A stretch of DNA of 45,733 bases. Origin: Thermoplasmatales archaeon ex4484_6 (GTDB taxonomy: Archaea > Thermoplasmatota > Penumbrarchaeia > Penumbrarchaeales > Penumbrarchaeaceae). The stretch's first letter is position 1. Each line of letters opens with the position of its first letter. The position numbers and the translations under genes were made by a program. The notes below the pieces were generated by a model, which ran no database searches, was not told the DNA's origin, and saw only the letters and a program-made list of their open reading frames with translations. Below, piece after piece: positions 26,845 to 35,604 of the stretch. The stretch spans positions 1 through 45,733 of the forward strand of contig NJDO01000001.1 of assembly GCA_002254385.1 (NCBI GenBank). Direction: 5' to 3'.

Positions 26845-27759
26845 ATGAGGATCCTCCATGTGAACAACCAGGCATCCGTCGGTTACCTCCTGTCGAGGGC
26901 TCAGAGGGAGCTTGGTCACGTATCGGACCTTCTTGCACAGCCCAATCCATATCAGAGAGCTCCGGACCATACAGCGGAGGGTGTCAAGGGGATATTTCTC
27001 AAGCTCATGGCCCTGGCACCGGGGTATGATCTGATCCACGTTCACGGAGGGATAGGTATTTCGGGAGTCGGTATGGCCCCCCTCAAGGTGTTGAGAAAGA
27101 GGTTCTTCGCCCATTATCACGGTTCCGAGCTGAGGTCCGATATCCAGACCTCGTTCCACATGCTTGCCGAGAGGATCTTCGTGTCGACACCGGACCTGCT
27201 CGCTTTCTCCGGCCATGTTGGCGGCAGGGAGCTCATACACATACCGAATCCGGTATTCGTCGAGGGAGTGGAACCCGTGGACTGGGAGGCAAGGATGGCC
27301 GGATTGGAGGGGGGAGCTCCTCTCAGGATAGTCCATCTCCCCTCGGTAAGGGAAGTGAAGGGGACGGACTTCGTGCTGAAGGCCGTGGAGGAGGCAAGGG
27401 AAAGGGGTGCCAGGGTCGAACTTGACATAGTGGAGAACGTCCCCGTCGCCGATGCCATGAAGAGGCTCGAGGCCTCGGATCTCTGCATAGACTGGATGTC
27501 CCCGGATTACAGGATCCACGGAGTGGTTTCCATAGAGGCAATGCTCAGGGCCATTCCGGTGATCTGCAACATAGACCGTACCCTTTATCCGGAAGAGATA
27601 CCGATAATATCCGCCCCGCCCGGCGGACTGGCGGAGAAACTGCTCGAGATCGACAGGATGAGGGAGGAGCTTCCGCGCAGGGGGAAGCTTTCAAGGGAGT
27701 ATGCCATCAGGATGCATCATCCGATGAAGGCTGCAAGGATGATAGAGGAATATCTATGA
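26845..27759 (+). CDS. GT-B (GT4-like) glycosyltransferase, short form
   Basis: 'MRILHVNN' N-terminus and a C-terminal 'HGVVSIEAMLRAIPVIC' (E..7..E-type GT4 motif region). The ATG at 26845 is preferred over the ORF-track TTG at 26782. Confidence 0.7.
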   Translation: MRILHVNNQASVGYLLSRAQRELGHVSDLLAQPNPYQRAPDHTAEGVKGIFLKLMALAPGYDLIHVHGGIGISGVGMAPLKVLRKRFFAHYHGSELRSDIQTSFHMLAERIFVSTPDLLAFSGHVGGRELIHIPNPVFVEGVEPVDWEARMAGLEGGAPLRIVHLPSVREVKGTDFVLKAVEEARERGARVELDIVENVPVADAMKRLEASDLCIDWMSPDYRIHGVVSIEAMLRAIPVICNIDRTLYPEEIPIISAPPGGLAEKLLEIDRMREELPRRGKLSREYAIRMHHPMKAARMIEEYL

Positions 27760-27814
27760 GGAGCCAAGGAACGGGGAACGGGCTGCTAGGGATGATCGGA
27801 AGGAGGATGATACG

Positions 27815-28504
27815 ATGATAAGCGAGAGGGCCGCGGTCCACGAGAACGTTGAAATGGGCAAGGAATGCATTGTGGAGGACTTTGCGGTGATCGGAGCGCC
27901 TGTCATGGGGGAAGAGACGAACCCGAGAACGATTATAGGTGACGGGGCCGTGATCCGTTCTCACACCGTGATCTATGCCGGGAATGTCATAGGCAGAGGG
28001 TTCCGGACCGGAAACAAGACGAACATAAGGGAATTCAACAGGATAGGGGATGATGTCAGCATAGGCACCCTTTCCGTGGTGGAGCATCATGTGACGATCG
28101 GAAATGGTGTAAGGATCCATTCCCAGGCGTTCATTCCCGAGTTCTCCCGGCTCGAGGACGGGTGCTGGATAGGTCCGAATGTGGTCCTGACCAATGCCCG
28201 GTATCCCAATTCACCCCGTACAAAGGAGCATCTGGAAGGCGTTGTAGTGGGAAGAGGTGCCGTTGTGGGGGCAAATGCCACACTGCTTCCGGGAATAGAG
28301 CTGGGAGAGAACAGCCTGGTGGGAGCCGGCTCCGTCGTTTCCAGGGATGTGCCCCCCCATCGGATAGTTGCCGGAAATCCCGCAAGACCCATCGGTTGGG
28401 CCTGTGAATGCGGGATGCCCCTGAGGAAGGGGGATGTCATGATATGCCCCGGGTGCGGTAACAGGTATGCCCTGGATGGGAAGGAGAAGATCCGCCCGTT
28501 GTGA
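27815..28504 (+). CDS. Left-handed beta-helix (hexapeptide-repeat) N-acetyltransferase, WbpD/WlbB-like, with a C-terminal zinc ribbon
   Basis: Hexapeptide turns 'IGDGAVIRSHTVIYAGNVIG', 'IGDDVSIG' and 'VGRGAVVGANATLLPGIELG'. The C-terminal 'C197-E-C199 ... C211-P-G-C214' pattern falls at 28403-28456. GGAGG lies upstream of the ATG. Confidence 0.85.
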   Translation: MISERAAVHENVEMGKECIVEDFAVIGAPVMGEETNPRTIIGDGAVIRSHTVIYAGNVIGRGFRTGNKTNIREFNRIGDDVSIGTLSVVEHHVTIGNGVRIHSQAFIPEFSRLEDGCWIGPNVVLTNARYPNSPRTKEHLEGVVVGRGAVVGANATLLPGIELGENSLVGAGSVVSRDVPPHRIVAGNPARPIGWACECGMPLRKGDVMICPGCGNRYALDGKEKIRPL

Positions 28505-28591
28505 CCCTCTTTGACAGGGGCATCTTTATAGGATTGGCAGGTATTCCACTGCCGATCCACGCCTTCGTGGTCCCGAAAGGAGGCATTCCCG

Positions 28592-29680
28592 ATGAAGGTT
28601 GAACTGAACAGGATGTTCGTGAATGACAGGATAAAGGAATCCGTTCTCTCCGTGCTCGAGTCGGGGAGGTACGTCAAGGGGCCGATGGCAGCCGAGATGG
28701 AGAGAAAATTCGCCTCCATGGTGGGGTCCCCCTTCGCCGTGAGCTGCTCGTCGGGATCCACCGCCCTGATGCTTGCCTTCAGGGCCCTTGGTCTCGGCCC
28801 CGGAGACGAGGTCCTCATGCCCTCGCACACCTTCGTTGCATCCCTGAACGGATTCTACCATTACGGGGCGAGACCCGTTTTCGTGGACGTGGACCCGGAA
28901 ACAATGACCATGGACCCGGAGAAAGCTTCCGATGCCGTAACGGATTCCACGAAGGCGGTTCTACCCGTTCACATATACGGCCACCCTGCGGACATGGGAG
29001 CCTTCGTCGACCTTGCCGAGGACAGGGAGATAGCCCTGATAGGTGATGCGGCCCAGGCACACGGTGCCGCATACAGGGGCACCGACGTGGGTGCCATCGG
29101 GGACATGACATGCTACTCCTTCTTCCCCTCCAAGATAGTGACCGTGGGAGGCGAGGGGGGGATGATCACATGCGAGGACGAGGAGCTCTACCTGAACCTC
29201 CAGGCCCTGAAGAATCACGGACGTTACGAGGGTGAACGCGACATATCCTCGATGCCGGGGTTCAATTTCAGGCTTCCCGAGATTCTGGCATCCATCGGCA
29301 TCGTGCAGCTGGAGCACATGGAATCATGGATAGAGAGAAGAAGGGAGATAGCAAAAAGGTACAGCAGGGAGCTCGAAGGGGTGGGCGATACGAGGGTGCC
29401 CGTTGAGAGGGATTGGGCCAGACACGTCTATTACCTCTATGTCATCAGGACCTCGAGAAGGGACGAGCTGAGGACCCACCTTAAGAACAGGGGGATCTCG
29501 ACCGGGATCCACTATCGCGTACCCGTTCATCGGATGCCATACATCGAGGGGAGATGGGAGCTTCCGGAAACGGAGTCGCTCGTGAACGAGATTCTGTCCC
29601 TTCCCATGCATCCCCTCCTGACGCCGGAGGAGCAGGATGCGGTCATAGAAGCGGTGCTGGACTTCTTCCGCAGCTCGTGA
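28592..29680 (+). CDS. DegT/DnrJ/EryC1/StrS-family PLP-dependent sugar aminotransferase (WbpE-like)
   Basis: 'GPGDEVLMPSHTFVAS', 'VLPVHIYGHPADM', 'DAAQAHGA' and 'SFFPSKIVTVGGEGGMI' (the PLP lysine context). GGAGG (28579-28583) lies 8 nt upstream of the ATG. Confidence 0.9.
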   Translation: MKVELNRMFVNDRIKESVLSVLESGRYVKGPMAAEMERKFASMVGSPFAVSCSSGSTALMLAFRALGLGPGDEVLMPSHTFVASLNGFYHYGARPVFVDVDPETMTMDPEKASDAVTDSTKAVLPVHIYGHPADMGAFVDLAEDREIALIGDAAQAHGAAYRGTDVGAIGDMTCYSFFPSKIVTVGGEGGMITCEDEELYLNLQALKNHGRYEGERDISSMPGFNFRLPEILASIGIVQLEHMESWIERRREIAKRYSRELEGVGDTRVPVERDWARHVYYLYVIRTSRRDELRTHLKNRGISTGIHYRVPVHRMPYIEGRWELPETESLVNEILSLPMHPLLTPEEQDAVIEAVLDFFRSS

Positions 29681-29702
29681 GTCCGGAGGACTCGGGGGCG
29701 GG

Positions 29703-29710
29703 TTTAAATA
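29703..29710 (+). promoter_or_regulatory. TATA box TTTAAATA for the oxidoreductase gene
   Basis: 23-30 nt upstream of the ATG at 29733. Confidence 0.5.
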
Positions 29711-29732
29711 TGCAACTTCCGTTAGAGCGCCG

Positions 29733-30833
29733 ATGTCGGAAGGTGATGTAAGGTTCGCCGTTATCGGTTACGGGAACATAGGTTCCAGACATGTGGCCTT
29801 TCTGAGTGAGGTGGAGGGAGCGGTCGTCCACTACGTCTGTGATAAGGATGAGGAGAGGGCGAAAAAGGGCGCGGAGATGGCGGGATGCAGGCACTGCACC
29901 GACATTCGGGAGGTCCTTGACGATGATGATGTGGACGTTGTGGACATATGCACCCCGTCGGGGCTCCATGCCGACATGTCGGTTATGGCCATGGAGGCGG
30001 GCAAACATGCCCTCTCCGAGAAACCCATGGCGCTGTCTTTGAAGGATGCCGACAGGGTAATAGAGGCGGAGAGAAGGACCGGCAGGAAGTATTTTCTCGT
30101 GAAACAGAACCGTTACAATCCTCCCGTTGCAGCGCTGCGTGAAATGCTGGATACGGGAAGGATGGGCGAGGTATTCCTGATATCATCCGATGTTTTCTGG
30201 AACAGGAGGAGGTCCTATTACGAGGATTCGAAATGGAGGGGCACTCTCGAACTGGACGGAGGTGCCCTCTTCACACAGTCCTCCCATTTTGTCGATCTGA
30301 TAATATGGATAGGTGGAAAACCCGTCAGGGTGGAGGCGTTCATGGAAAACGTGGACCATCCGTACATCGAGACCGAGGACACCGGGACCATCAGGATGGA
30401 GTTCGAGAACGGAGCCGTGGCCGTGATGAACTACACAACGGCAGCCTTCGGTCAGAACCTGGAAGGTTCCATCACCGTTCTCGGAAGGAAGGGCTCCATC
30501 AAGGTGGGGGGGAAATACCTGAACGAACTGACGGAATGGAATGTGGAGGGCGTGGAGAGACCCGAGCTTCCTCCCGGCAGGCCCCCCAACACCTACAAGG
30601 GCGGGTACCAGGGTTCCATGTCCAATCATGACAAGGTTCTCAGGAACGTCGTGGAGACCCTGAGGGGTAACAGCCGCATAGCGGTGAACAGCACCGAGGG
30701 ACGGCTCACGGTCGAGGTCATGCAGGCGGCACACATCTCCGCACTGGAGAGAAGACCCGTCGAGCTTCCCCTGAGGGGAAAGGATGAGGATTTCGAGCTG
30801 TCAAGGGCTCCCCCATTCCCAAGGAGAAAGTAG
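29733..30833 (+). CDS. Gfo/Idh/MocA-family NAD-dependent sugar oxidoreductase (WbpB-like)
   Basis: Rossmann motif 'VRFAVIGYGNIGSRH', plus 'EKPMALSLKDAD' and 'NRY'. The TATA box TTTAAATA (29703-29710) lies 23-30 nt upstream of the ATG, suggesting a leaderless transcript. Confidence 0.9.
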   Translation: MSEGDVRFAVIGYGNIGSRHVAFLSEVEGAVVHYVCDKDEERAKKGAEMAGCRHCTDIREVLDDDDVDVVDICTPSGLHADMSVMAMEAGKHALSEKPMALSLKDADRVIEAERRTGRKYFLVKQNRYNPPVAALREMLDTGRMGEVFLISSDVFWNRRRSYYEDSKWRGTLELDGGALFTQSSHFVDLIIWIGGKPVRVEAFMENVDHPYIETEDTGTIRMEFENGAVAVMNYTTAAFGQNLEGSITVLGRKGSIKVGGKYLNELTEWNVEGVERPELPPGRPPNTYKGGYQGSMSNHDKVLRNVVETLRGNSRIAVNSTEGRLTVEVMQAAHISALERRPVELPLRGKDEDFELSRAPPFPRRK

Positions 30834-30857
30834 GCCCCGTCATCGTGTCCGACTCCT

Positions 30858-31517
30858 TCACCCCTCCATATTATTTGACGCGGATCCCATTATGATCTCC
30901 CGAAGTTCTCTCCAATCGCTCCAGGGGATGCAGACCCTCCCGCTCCTTCTGCACAGCTCCAGGAGGCGGTCCCTGGCAAAAACCACATCAGCTATTCTTG
31001 ATACGCACTCGTCCGTGGTCCCGTCACCTATGAAGATGACCTGCTCATTTTCCCTCTTCAGTCTCTCGTAATGTGCGCACTTGCAGTTTGCATTGATGGG
31101 GCACCCTTCCCTCCTGTGATCGAAATGTATCTCCCATCCATTCTCCGATGGAACCGTCCTGTTGGAGGTCCACGGGATCCATTCGAGGCCCCAGTGCTCG
31201 AGAAGGACCTCTATGGTCCAGCCGAATCCGTCCGAACATATCTCGAGGTGTATGCCCTCTTCCCTGCACCCGAGTGCGAACTCCCTGAACCCTTCCCTCA
31301 TCCCGATATTCTCCCTGAGGAATGCGGAAGCTTCCTCCTCTCCGACCTTGACCATCCCTGCCTGGAGCTTCAGGGCCTCGAGGATCGTGATCTCGTGGGT
31401 ATAGGCCCTCTCCTCGATGCTCCTCCAGTCACCCTCACCGAACCTCTCCAGTATGGCATACGATGCATCACGGGTGGTGATGGTCCCGTCGAAATCGCAA
31501 AGGACCGCCAATCTCAT
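30858..31517 (-). CDS. HAD-IB phosphatase, MtnX/phosphoserine-phosphatase-like
   Basis: 'LAVLCDFDGTIT' (DxDxT), 'ICSDG', 'FIGDGTTDE' and a Cys-rich 'CPINANCKC' as seen in MtnX-type enzymes. I chose the ATG at 31517 because ATATAT (31542-31547) is 25-30 nt upstream. The longer ORF-track start adds a non-conserved basic extension. Confidence 0.8.
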   Translation of the reverse strand: MRLAVLCDFDGTITTRDASYAILERFGEGDWRSIEERAYTHEITILEALKLQAGMVKVGEEEASAFLRENIGMREGFREFALGCREEGIHLEICSDGFGWTIEVLLEHWGLEWIPWTSNRTVPSENGWEIHFDHRREGCPINANCKCAHYERLKRENEQVIFIGDGTTDECVSRIADVVFARDRLLELCRRSGRVCIPWSDWRELREIIMGSASNNMEG

Positions 31518-31640
31518 GGGGGGTCGAATGGCATCATTCCCATATATCCGTATGGATGCCCGTTTCCGAATGGCCCGACCCGCACCTTTGGACATAAGAG
31601 ATTTATACCAATTCCTGCGTTGAAAAGCCGGGGTCCTCAA
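31518..31640. promoter_or_regulatory. Divergent promoter region (HAD phosphatase / GH-cadherin gene)
   Basis: ATATAT (31542-31547) lies 25-30 nt from the minus-strand ATG at 31517. ATTTATAC (31601-31608) lies 33-40 nt from the plus-strand ATG at 31641. Confidence 0.45.
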
Positions 31641-34604
31641 ATGACTCGCTTCGTACCCGCAATCATAACGTCACTCGTCATAATGCTGCTTCTTCCTCCC
31701 GTCGCGGTCGGAAGGAGCTCCACCGAAGGCTCCCCTCTCGCCCTGGAGCCACTGGACGATCCGGAGCTTCCCCCCGTAGGTTTCTACAGGGGGGTGCTTC
31801 CCAATCCGCATCCCGGCCAGAGCTTCGAGGAGGTGTACGGGAACGTATCCCTCCATTCCCAGTTCGTCCCCGTTTGGGGAAAGCCATCTCCCTTCTACAA
31901 CATGTCCGACGACCTGTCCGGGAGCTGGGGATCCTATTTCGTTGACACACTGATCAGGGGAAACGGGATGTTCCCCCTAATCCACATGAATTTCTACGGG
32001 GCGGGGATGTCCCTCTCCACTCCTCCCGACCTGTCAGGAGCCGCGCTCAATGACACGTCGTGGAGGCAGAGGTACGTGGAGTCCGTGAAATCGGTGGTGA
32101 ACGCATCGAGACCCCTCTATCTATCGGTGGGGAACGAGGTGAACCGATGGTTCGAGACATACGGGCTGAACCGATCCGACGGAATGGGTTTCGAGCACTT
32201 CGTATCACTTTACAATGAGGTCTACGACTCGGTGAAATCCCTCTCACCGGGAACCATAGTCTTCTGCACCTTCGCAAGGGAAATTGTCGCGGAGCACAGG
32301 GAAGCCAACATGTCCGTTCTTTCCCTTTTCGACCCGTCAAGGCTGGACATGCTAGTACTGACGACGTATCCTTACTCCGTCCAGGGGATCAACAGCGTCT
32401 CCGACATACCCGATGATTACTATTCGTCCGCATTCGATAACATCGCTGACATGCCGTTCGGCCTGTCAGAGGCGGCATGGCCCTCGCTCTCCCAGTTCGG
32501 AGGGGAGGACGGACAGGTGAGCTTCATCGAGAACATGACGGGGAGGCTCACCCTGGACCAGGGTCTTGACATGAAGCTTCTGGGGTGGCCGTGGCTCCAC
32601 GACATAGGTCCCGCCGACGCCACCGGACTGAGGTTCAGTGACGGGACGGCGAAGAAGGCACTCTCGGCATGGAAGATGAATGACCCCCCCTCTTTCGTTC
32701 CCGGGAACAGAACAATCTCCCTGCCCGAGGATTTCGGATACTATGCCTACCCGCTGAACAATACGTTCTTCGATACCGACCCGGGGGATGAGCTCTCCTA
32801 CTTTCTGTGGAACGGGACGTCGTACACGAACCTGACCAACACCTCACTGTTCAGGGCAGAGATAAGGGGAGGCGAGCTTCTTCTTGGATCCCTGGAAAAT
32901 GTATCCGGGACCTACATGCTCCGCGTTATGGCCCGGGACAGGATGCGGGAGACCAACTGGACCTTCATTCAGGTCCGGGTCCTCGAGATCAACGATCCCC
33001 CCGCACTTCTCGATGGTCAGGGAAATGTCACATTCAACGAGGGTTTCACGCAGTTCATGGACCTGTCCCATCTCATAACCGACTGCGATGACGCGCTGTC
33101 CGAGCTCGAGATCACTGTCATTTCGGCCGAGCATCTGGTAACCATCATTCACATGACCCCGGACCCTTTCATGTACCTCTATTCGGAGGATCCGGAATGG
33201 TTCGGGGAGACCTCCCTTCTCCTTCGCGTTGTTGATACCGGCGGGGAGGGTGTCGTTCTGAACATCAGCGTGACCATACTGCCCGTGGAGGACGCTCCGG
33301 TCCTGATGATACCGAACGTGATAGACATGACCGAGGATGTCGGGAGGACATTGAACGTCTCCGCATGGTGGAGCGACCCCGACCCGGGTGAGGTCCTTGA
33401 GGTCACGGTCAATGTATCCGGCGGAAAAGTGGGACTGGAGCCCTATCTTGACATCGCGAACGGAACCATGGAACTTGTACCGGATCCGGATGTGTGGGGC
33501 ACATTTTTCCTGAATGTGACGGTTTCCGACGGCGAACTGAACACCACGGGAAGGATAGAGGTGAGGATAGAGGGTGTCAACGATCCGCCGAGAGCAGAGG
33601 ATCCGCCCCCCCTCCGACTTGTTGAGGATGAGACATACCTCTTCGATCTGGATTCCATCTCCCCGATCGACGTCGAGGGTGAAACGATATTCTTCTCCCT
33701 TGCAAACGGCTCGGATCTCATCCGTACCGTGAGCTTCCCGGAGAACGGGACCATGAAAATTGTACCGTTCCCGGACGATTTCGGGGCCGGGGAGCTCACG
33801 GTTTCCATGCGGGACGCGAGCGGGGGGATCGCATTTCTGGTATTCCATTTCAACATAACGGCCGTCAATGATCCCCCCTTTCTCATGACCCCCGAGAACT
33901 GGACCGTCTACCTGAAGAGGGGGGAGGAGAGAAGAATTGACCTTTCGGGATACCCGTTCATATTCGAGGATGTGGATGATGCCCCATCCGACCTGGTACT
34001 CCACTGCGGCAGCGGATGGTGCAGTGTCAACGGTTCATGGGTCACGATCCGCGTTCCCGAGTCAACGAACGTGAGCGATGTGAACATAAGCTTCCGGTTG
34101 GAGGACCCGTCCGGAGCGCTTTCCGAGATACGCTCCCTTCATCTTGTGGTGCTGGACCCACTCGTGGAGGGGCCGCAGCTTTCGATAGGGAACATGACGG
34201 TGGACCAGGATGGAGGGGACCTTATCGTTAGGGCGAACGGGGATGAGGGGCAGGAGATATGGGTGGTGGTAGTGCTCGGCAACGTGACCCTCTCGAGAAG
34301 GCTCGTGGAGGACGAGAACACTCCCGGTACCTATTATCTGAGGTGGAAGGACATCCCTATATCGGATGACGGGGATATCATCGTTTATCTGTCCCGGGAG
34401 GAGGGAGGAGAGAACGATTCTCCCCTGGAACCTCTGGTTTTCGGCTTCCATGCTCGTGAGATCGTGGAGGACGGAAACGGAGGCGGGTCTGATACCGGCC
34501 GGGTCTGGTTGGTGTATCTGGGCATCGCCCTACTGTTGCTGATAGTAATGTTCTTCATACTCAGATACAGGTCTCCCAGGGAGGATGTGACCTCGGAGGA
34601 GTGA
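31641..34604 (+). CDS. Membrane-anchored surface protein: clan GH-A-like (beta/alpha)8 glycosidase domain plus 5-6 cadherin-like domains plus a TM anchor
   Basis: The ATG at 31641 gives the signal peptide 'MTRFVPAIITSLVIMLLLPPVAVG'. 'LYLSVGNEVNRW' is an acid/base N-E motif and 'FGLSEAAW' is a candidate nucleophile Glu. Domain boundaries read 'INDPP', 'VEDAP' and 'VNDPP' (x2). C-terminal TM 'VWLVYLGIALLLLIVMFFIL' followed by 'RYRSPREDVTSEE'. The ORF-track extension to 31071 overlaps the opposite-strand HAD gene and I reject it. Confidence 0.85.
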   Translation: MTRFVPAIITSLVIMLLLPPVAVGRSSTEGSPLALEPLDDPELPPVGFYRGVLPNPHPGQSFEEVYGNVSLHSQFVPVWGKPSPFYNMSDDLSGSWGSYFVDTLIRGNGMFPLIHMNFYGAGMSLSTPPDLSGAALNDTSWRQRYVESVKSVVNASRPLYLSVGNEVNRWFETYGLNRSDGMGFEHFVSLYNEVYDSVKSLSPGTIVFCTFAREIVAEHREANMSVLSLFDPSRLDMLVLTTYPYSVQGINSVSDIPDDYYSSAFDNIADMPFGLSEAAWPSLSQFGGEDGQVSFIENMTGRLTLDQGLDMKLLGWPWLHDIGPADATGLRFSDGTAKKALSAWKMNDPPSFVPGNRTISLPEDFGYYAYPLNNTFFDTDPGDELSYFLWNGTSYTNLTNTSLFRAEIRGGELLLGSLENVSGTYMLRVMARDRMRETNWTFIQVRVLEINDPPALLDGQGNVTFNEGFTQFMDLSHLITDCDDALSELEITVISAEHLVTIIHMTPDPFMYLYSEDPEWFGETSLLLRVVDTGGEGVVLNISVTILPVEDAPVLMIPNVIDMTEDVGRTLNVSAWWSDPDPGEVLEVTVNVSGGKVGLEPYLDIANGTMELVPDPDVWGTFFLNVTVSDGELNTTGRIEVRIEGVNDPPRAEDPPPLRLVEDETYLFDLDSISPIDVEGETIFFSLANGSDLIRTVSFPENGTMKIVPFPDDFGAGELTVSMRDASGGIAFLVFHFNITAVNDPPFLMTPENWTVYLKRGEERRIDLSGYPFIFEDVDDAPSDLVLHCGSGWCSVNGSWVTIRVPESTNVSDVNISFRLEDPSGALSEIRSLHLVVLDPLVEGPQLSIGNMTVDQDGGDLIVRANGDEGQEIWVVVVLGNVTLSRRLVEDENTPGTYYLRWKDIPISDDGDIIVYLSREEGGENDSPLEPLVFGFHAREIVEDGNGGGSDTGRVWLVYLGIALLLLIVMFFILRYRSPREDVTSEE

Positions 34605-34661
34605 GAACCCGGGATCGGATTGACAGGTCTCATCATCGGGGAGGAAGTATCGCGCCGATCT

Positions 34662-35486
34662 CTACTTGATGTAGCTGAGGGTGTAGCTTCCCCTGATATC
34701 GAATCCCCTGTCGGAGAAGCTGTACTCCACCCATTTATTGGACTTCACCCCTTCGAGCCCCTTGACCATGATGAAGTATCTTCCCATCTCCTCCTTCAAC
34801 GTGAGGCTTCCGTCAACGGAGTTCTCTATCGCGCTGATCTCCTCCTGCTTGTGGATTCCTCCCGCAAGATCGAAGATGGCAATACCATTGTATGCCTTTA
34901 TCTTCGTCGAGATGGCGTTTACGAAATCGATGGTCCTGTTCAGGCCGTGGGTCCTGAGTATGGATGAGAGCGAATCGAATATGACCCTGTGGTAGAAGTA
35001 GTTCTCGCTGTAGGTGCTTTCGAATCTCTCGATGGCCTTCGAAAGAGCCTCCAGGTCGCCAACGCCTTTCAGGTAAAGTGCGAAAGGGTTCTTCCCCATC
35101 AGTCCGACGGTCTTGGCGTGACAGTCCACGTATGAGACCAGGCCCGCCCTTTCGCGGTCCTCCAGCTTGGGGTCCATCTCCACGATCCTCTTCCTGAACT
35201 TTGACGTTGTATAGTGTGTCAGAACGATCAGGGACGGAATGCCGAACCTGATACCCTCCGCGATGAACTGGGTCAGAAGAACATCCTTTCCGATGAAGGC
35301 GGGTCCCTGAAGAACCGACACGGTCCTGAAGGGAAATCCTCCACCCATGAGATCATCCAGCCTTCTGCCGCCGCTTCCGGCCTTTCTGGCCTTTCCGGCG
35401 GCCTTCTTCACCTTTCTCACAGGTTTTCCTGGATTTCCCTGGTTCGGGTTCATCCGGTCCATGTTCCCACTCTGTCCTGCATGCAT
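34662..35486 (-). CDS. KaiC/RecA-superfamily ATPase-like protein (archaeal single-domain type) with a degenerate Walker A and a Lys-rich N-terminal tail
   Basis: 'LDDLMGGGFPFRTVSVLQGPAFIGKDVL' is the KaiC-like P-loop context, but it reads GPAFIGKD rather than G..G.GK[ST]. 'HRVIFDSLSS' is a Walker B-like strand. The N-terminus is 'GKPVRKVKKAAGKARKAGSGGRR'. Confidence 0.75.
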   Translation of the reverse strand: MHAGQSGNMDRMNPNQGNPGKPVRKVKKAAGKARKAGSGGRRLDDLMGGGFPFRTVSVLQGPAFIGKDVLLTQFIAEGIRFGIPSLIVLTHYTTSKFRKRIVEMDPKLEDRERAGLVSYVDCHAKTVGLMGKNPFALYLKGVGDLEALSKAIERFESTYSENYFYHRVIFDSLSSILRTHGLNRTIDFVNAISTKIKAYNGIAIFDLAGGIHKQEEISAIENSVDGSLTLKEEMGRYFIMVKGLEGVKSNKWVEYSFSDRGFDIRGSYTLSYIK

Positions 35487-35576
35487 CCTGATGCCTCTAC
35501 ATCATCACTCCTGCTGAGGGTATCATCCATGCGATATTTCATCAACGGGAGGTTACTATATAATCATAACGAGAAA

Positions 35577-35595
35577 ATTCCATGTGGTGTGGAAT
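35577..35595 (-). terminator. Hairpin followed by a T-run downstream of gap
   Basis: ATTCCA-tgtggtg-TGGAAT. On the minus strand the stem is followed by TTTTC. It lies 10 nt after the gap stop. Confidence 0.45.
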
Positions 35596-35604
35596 ATCGT
35601 TAGA

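Noticed and set aside
31071-31640. The 5' extension of the GH/cadherin ORF (ORF-track start at 31071).
   Set aside because: It overlaps the well-supported HAD phosphatase gene on the opposite strand. The ATG at 31641 yields a canonical signal peptide and is preceded by a TATA-like box.
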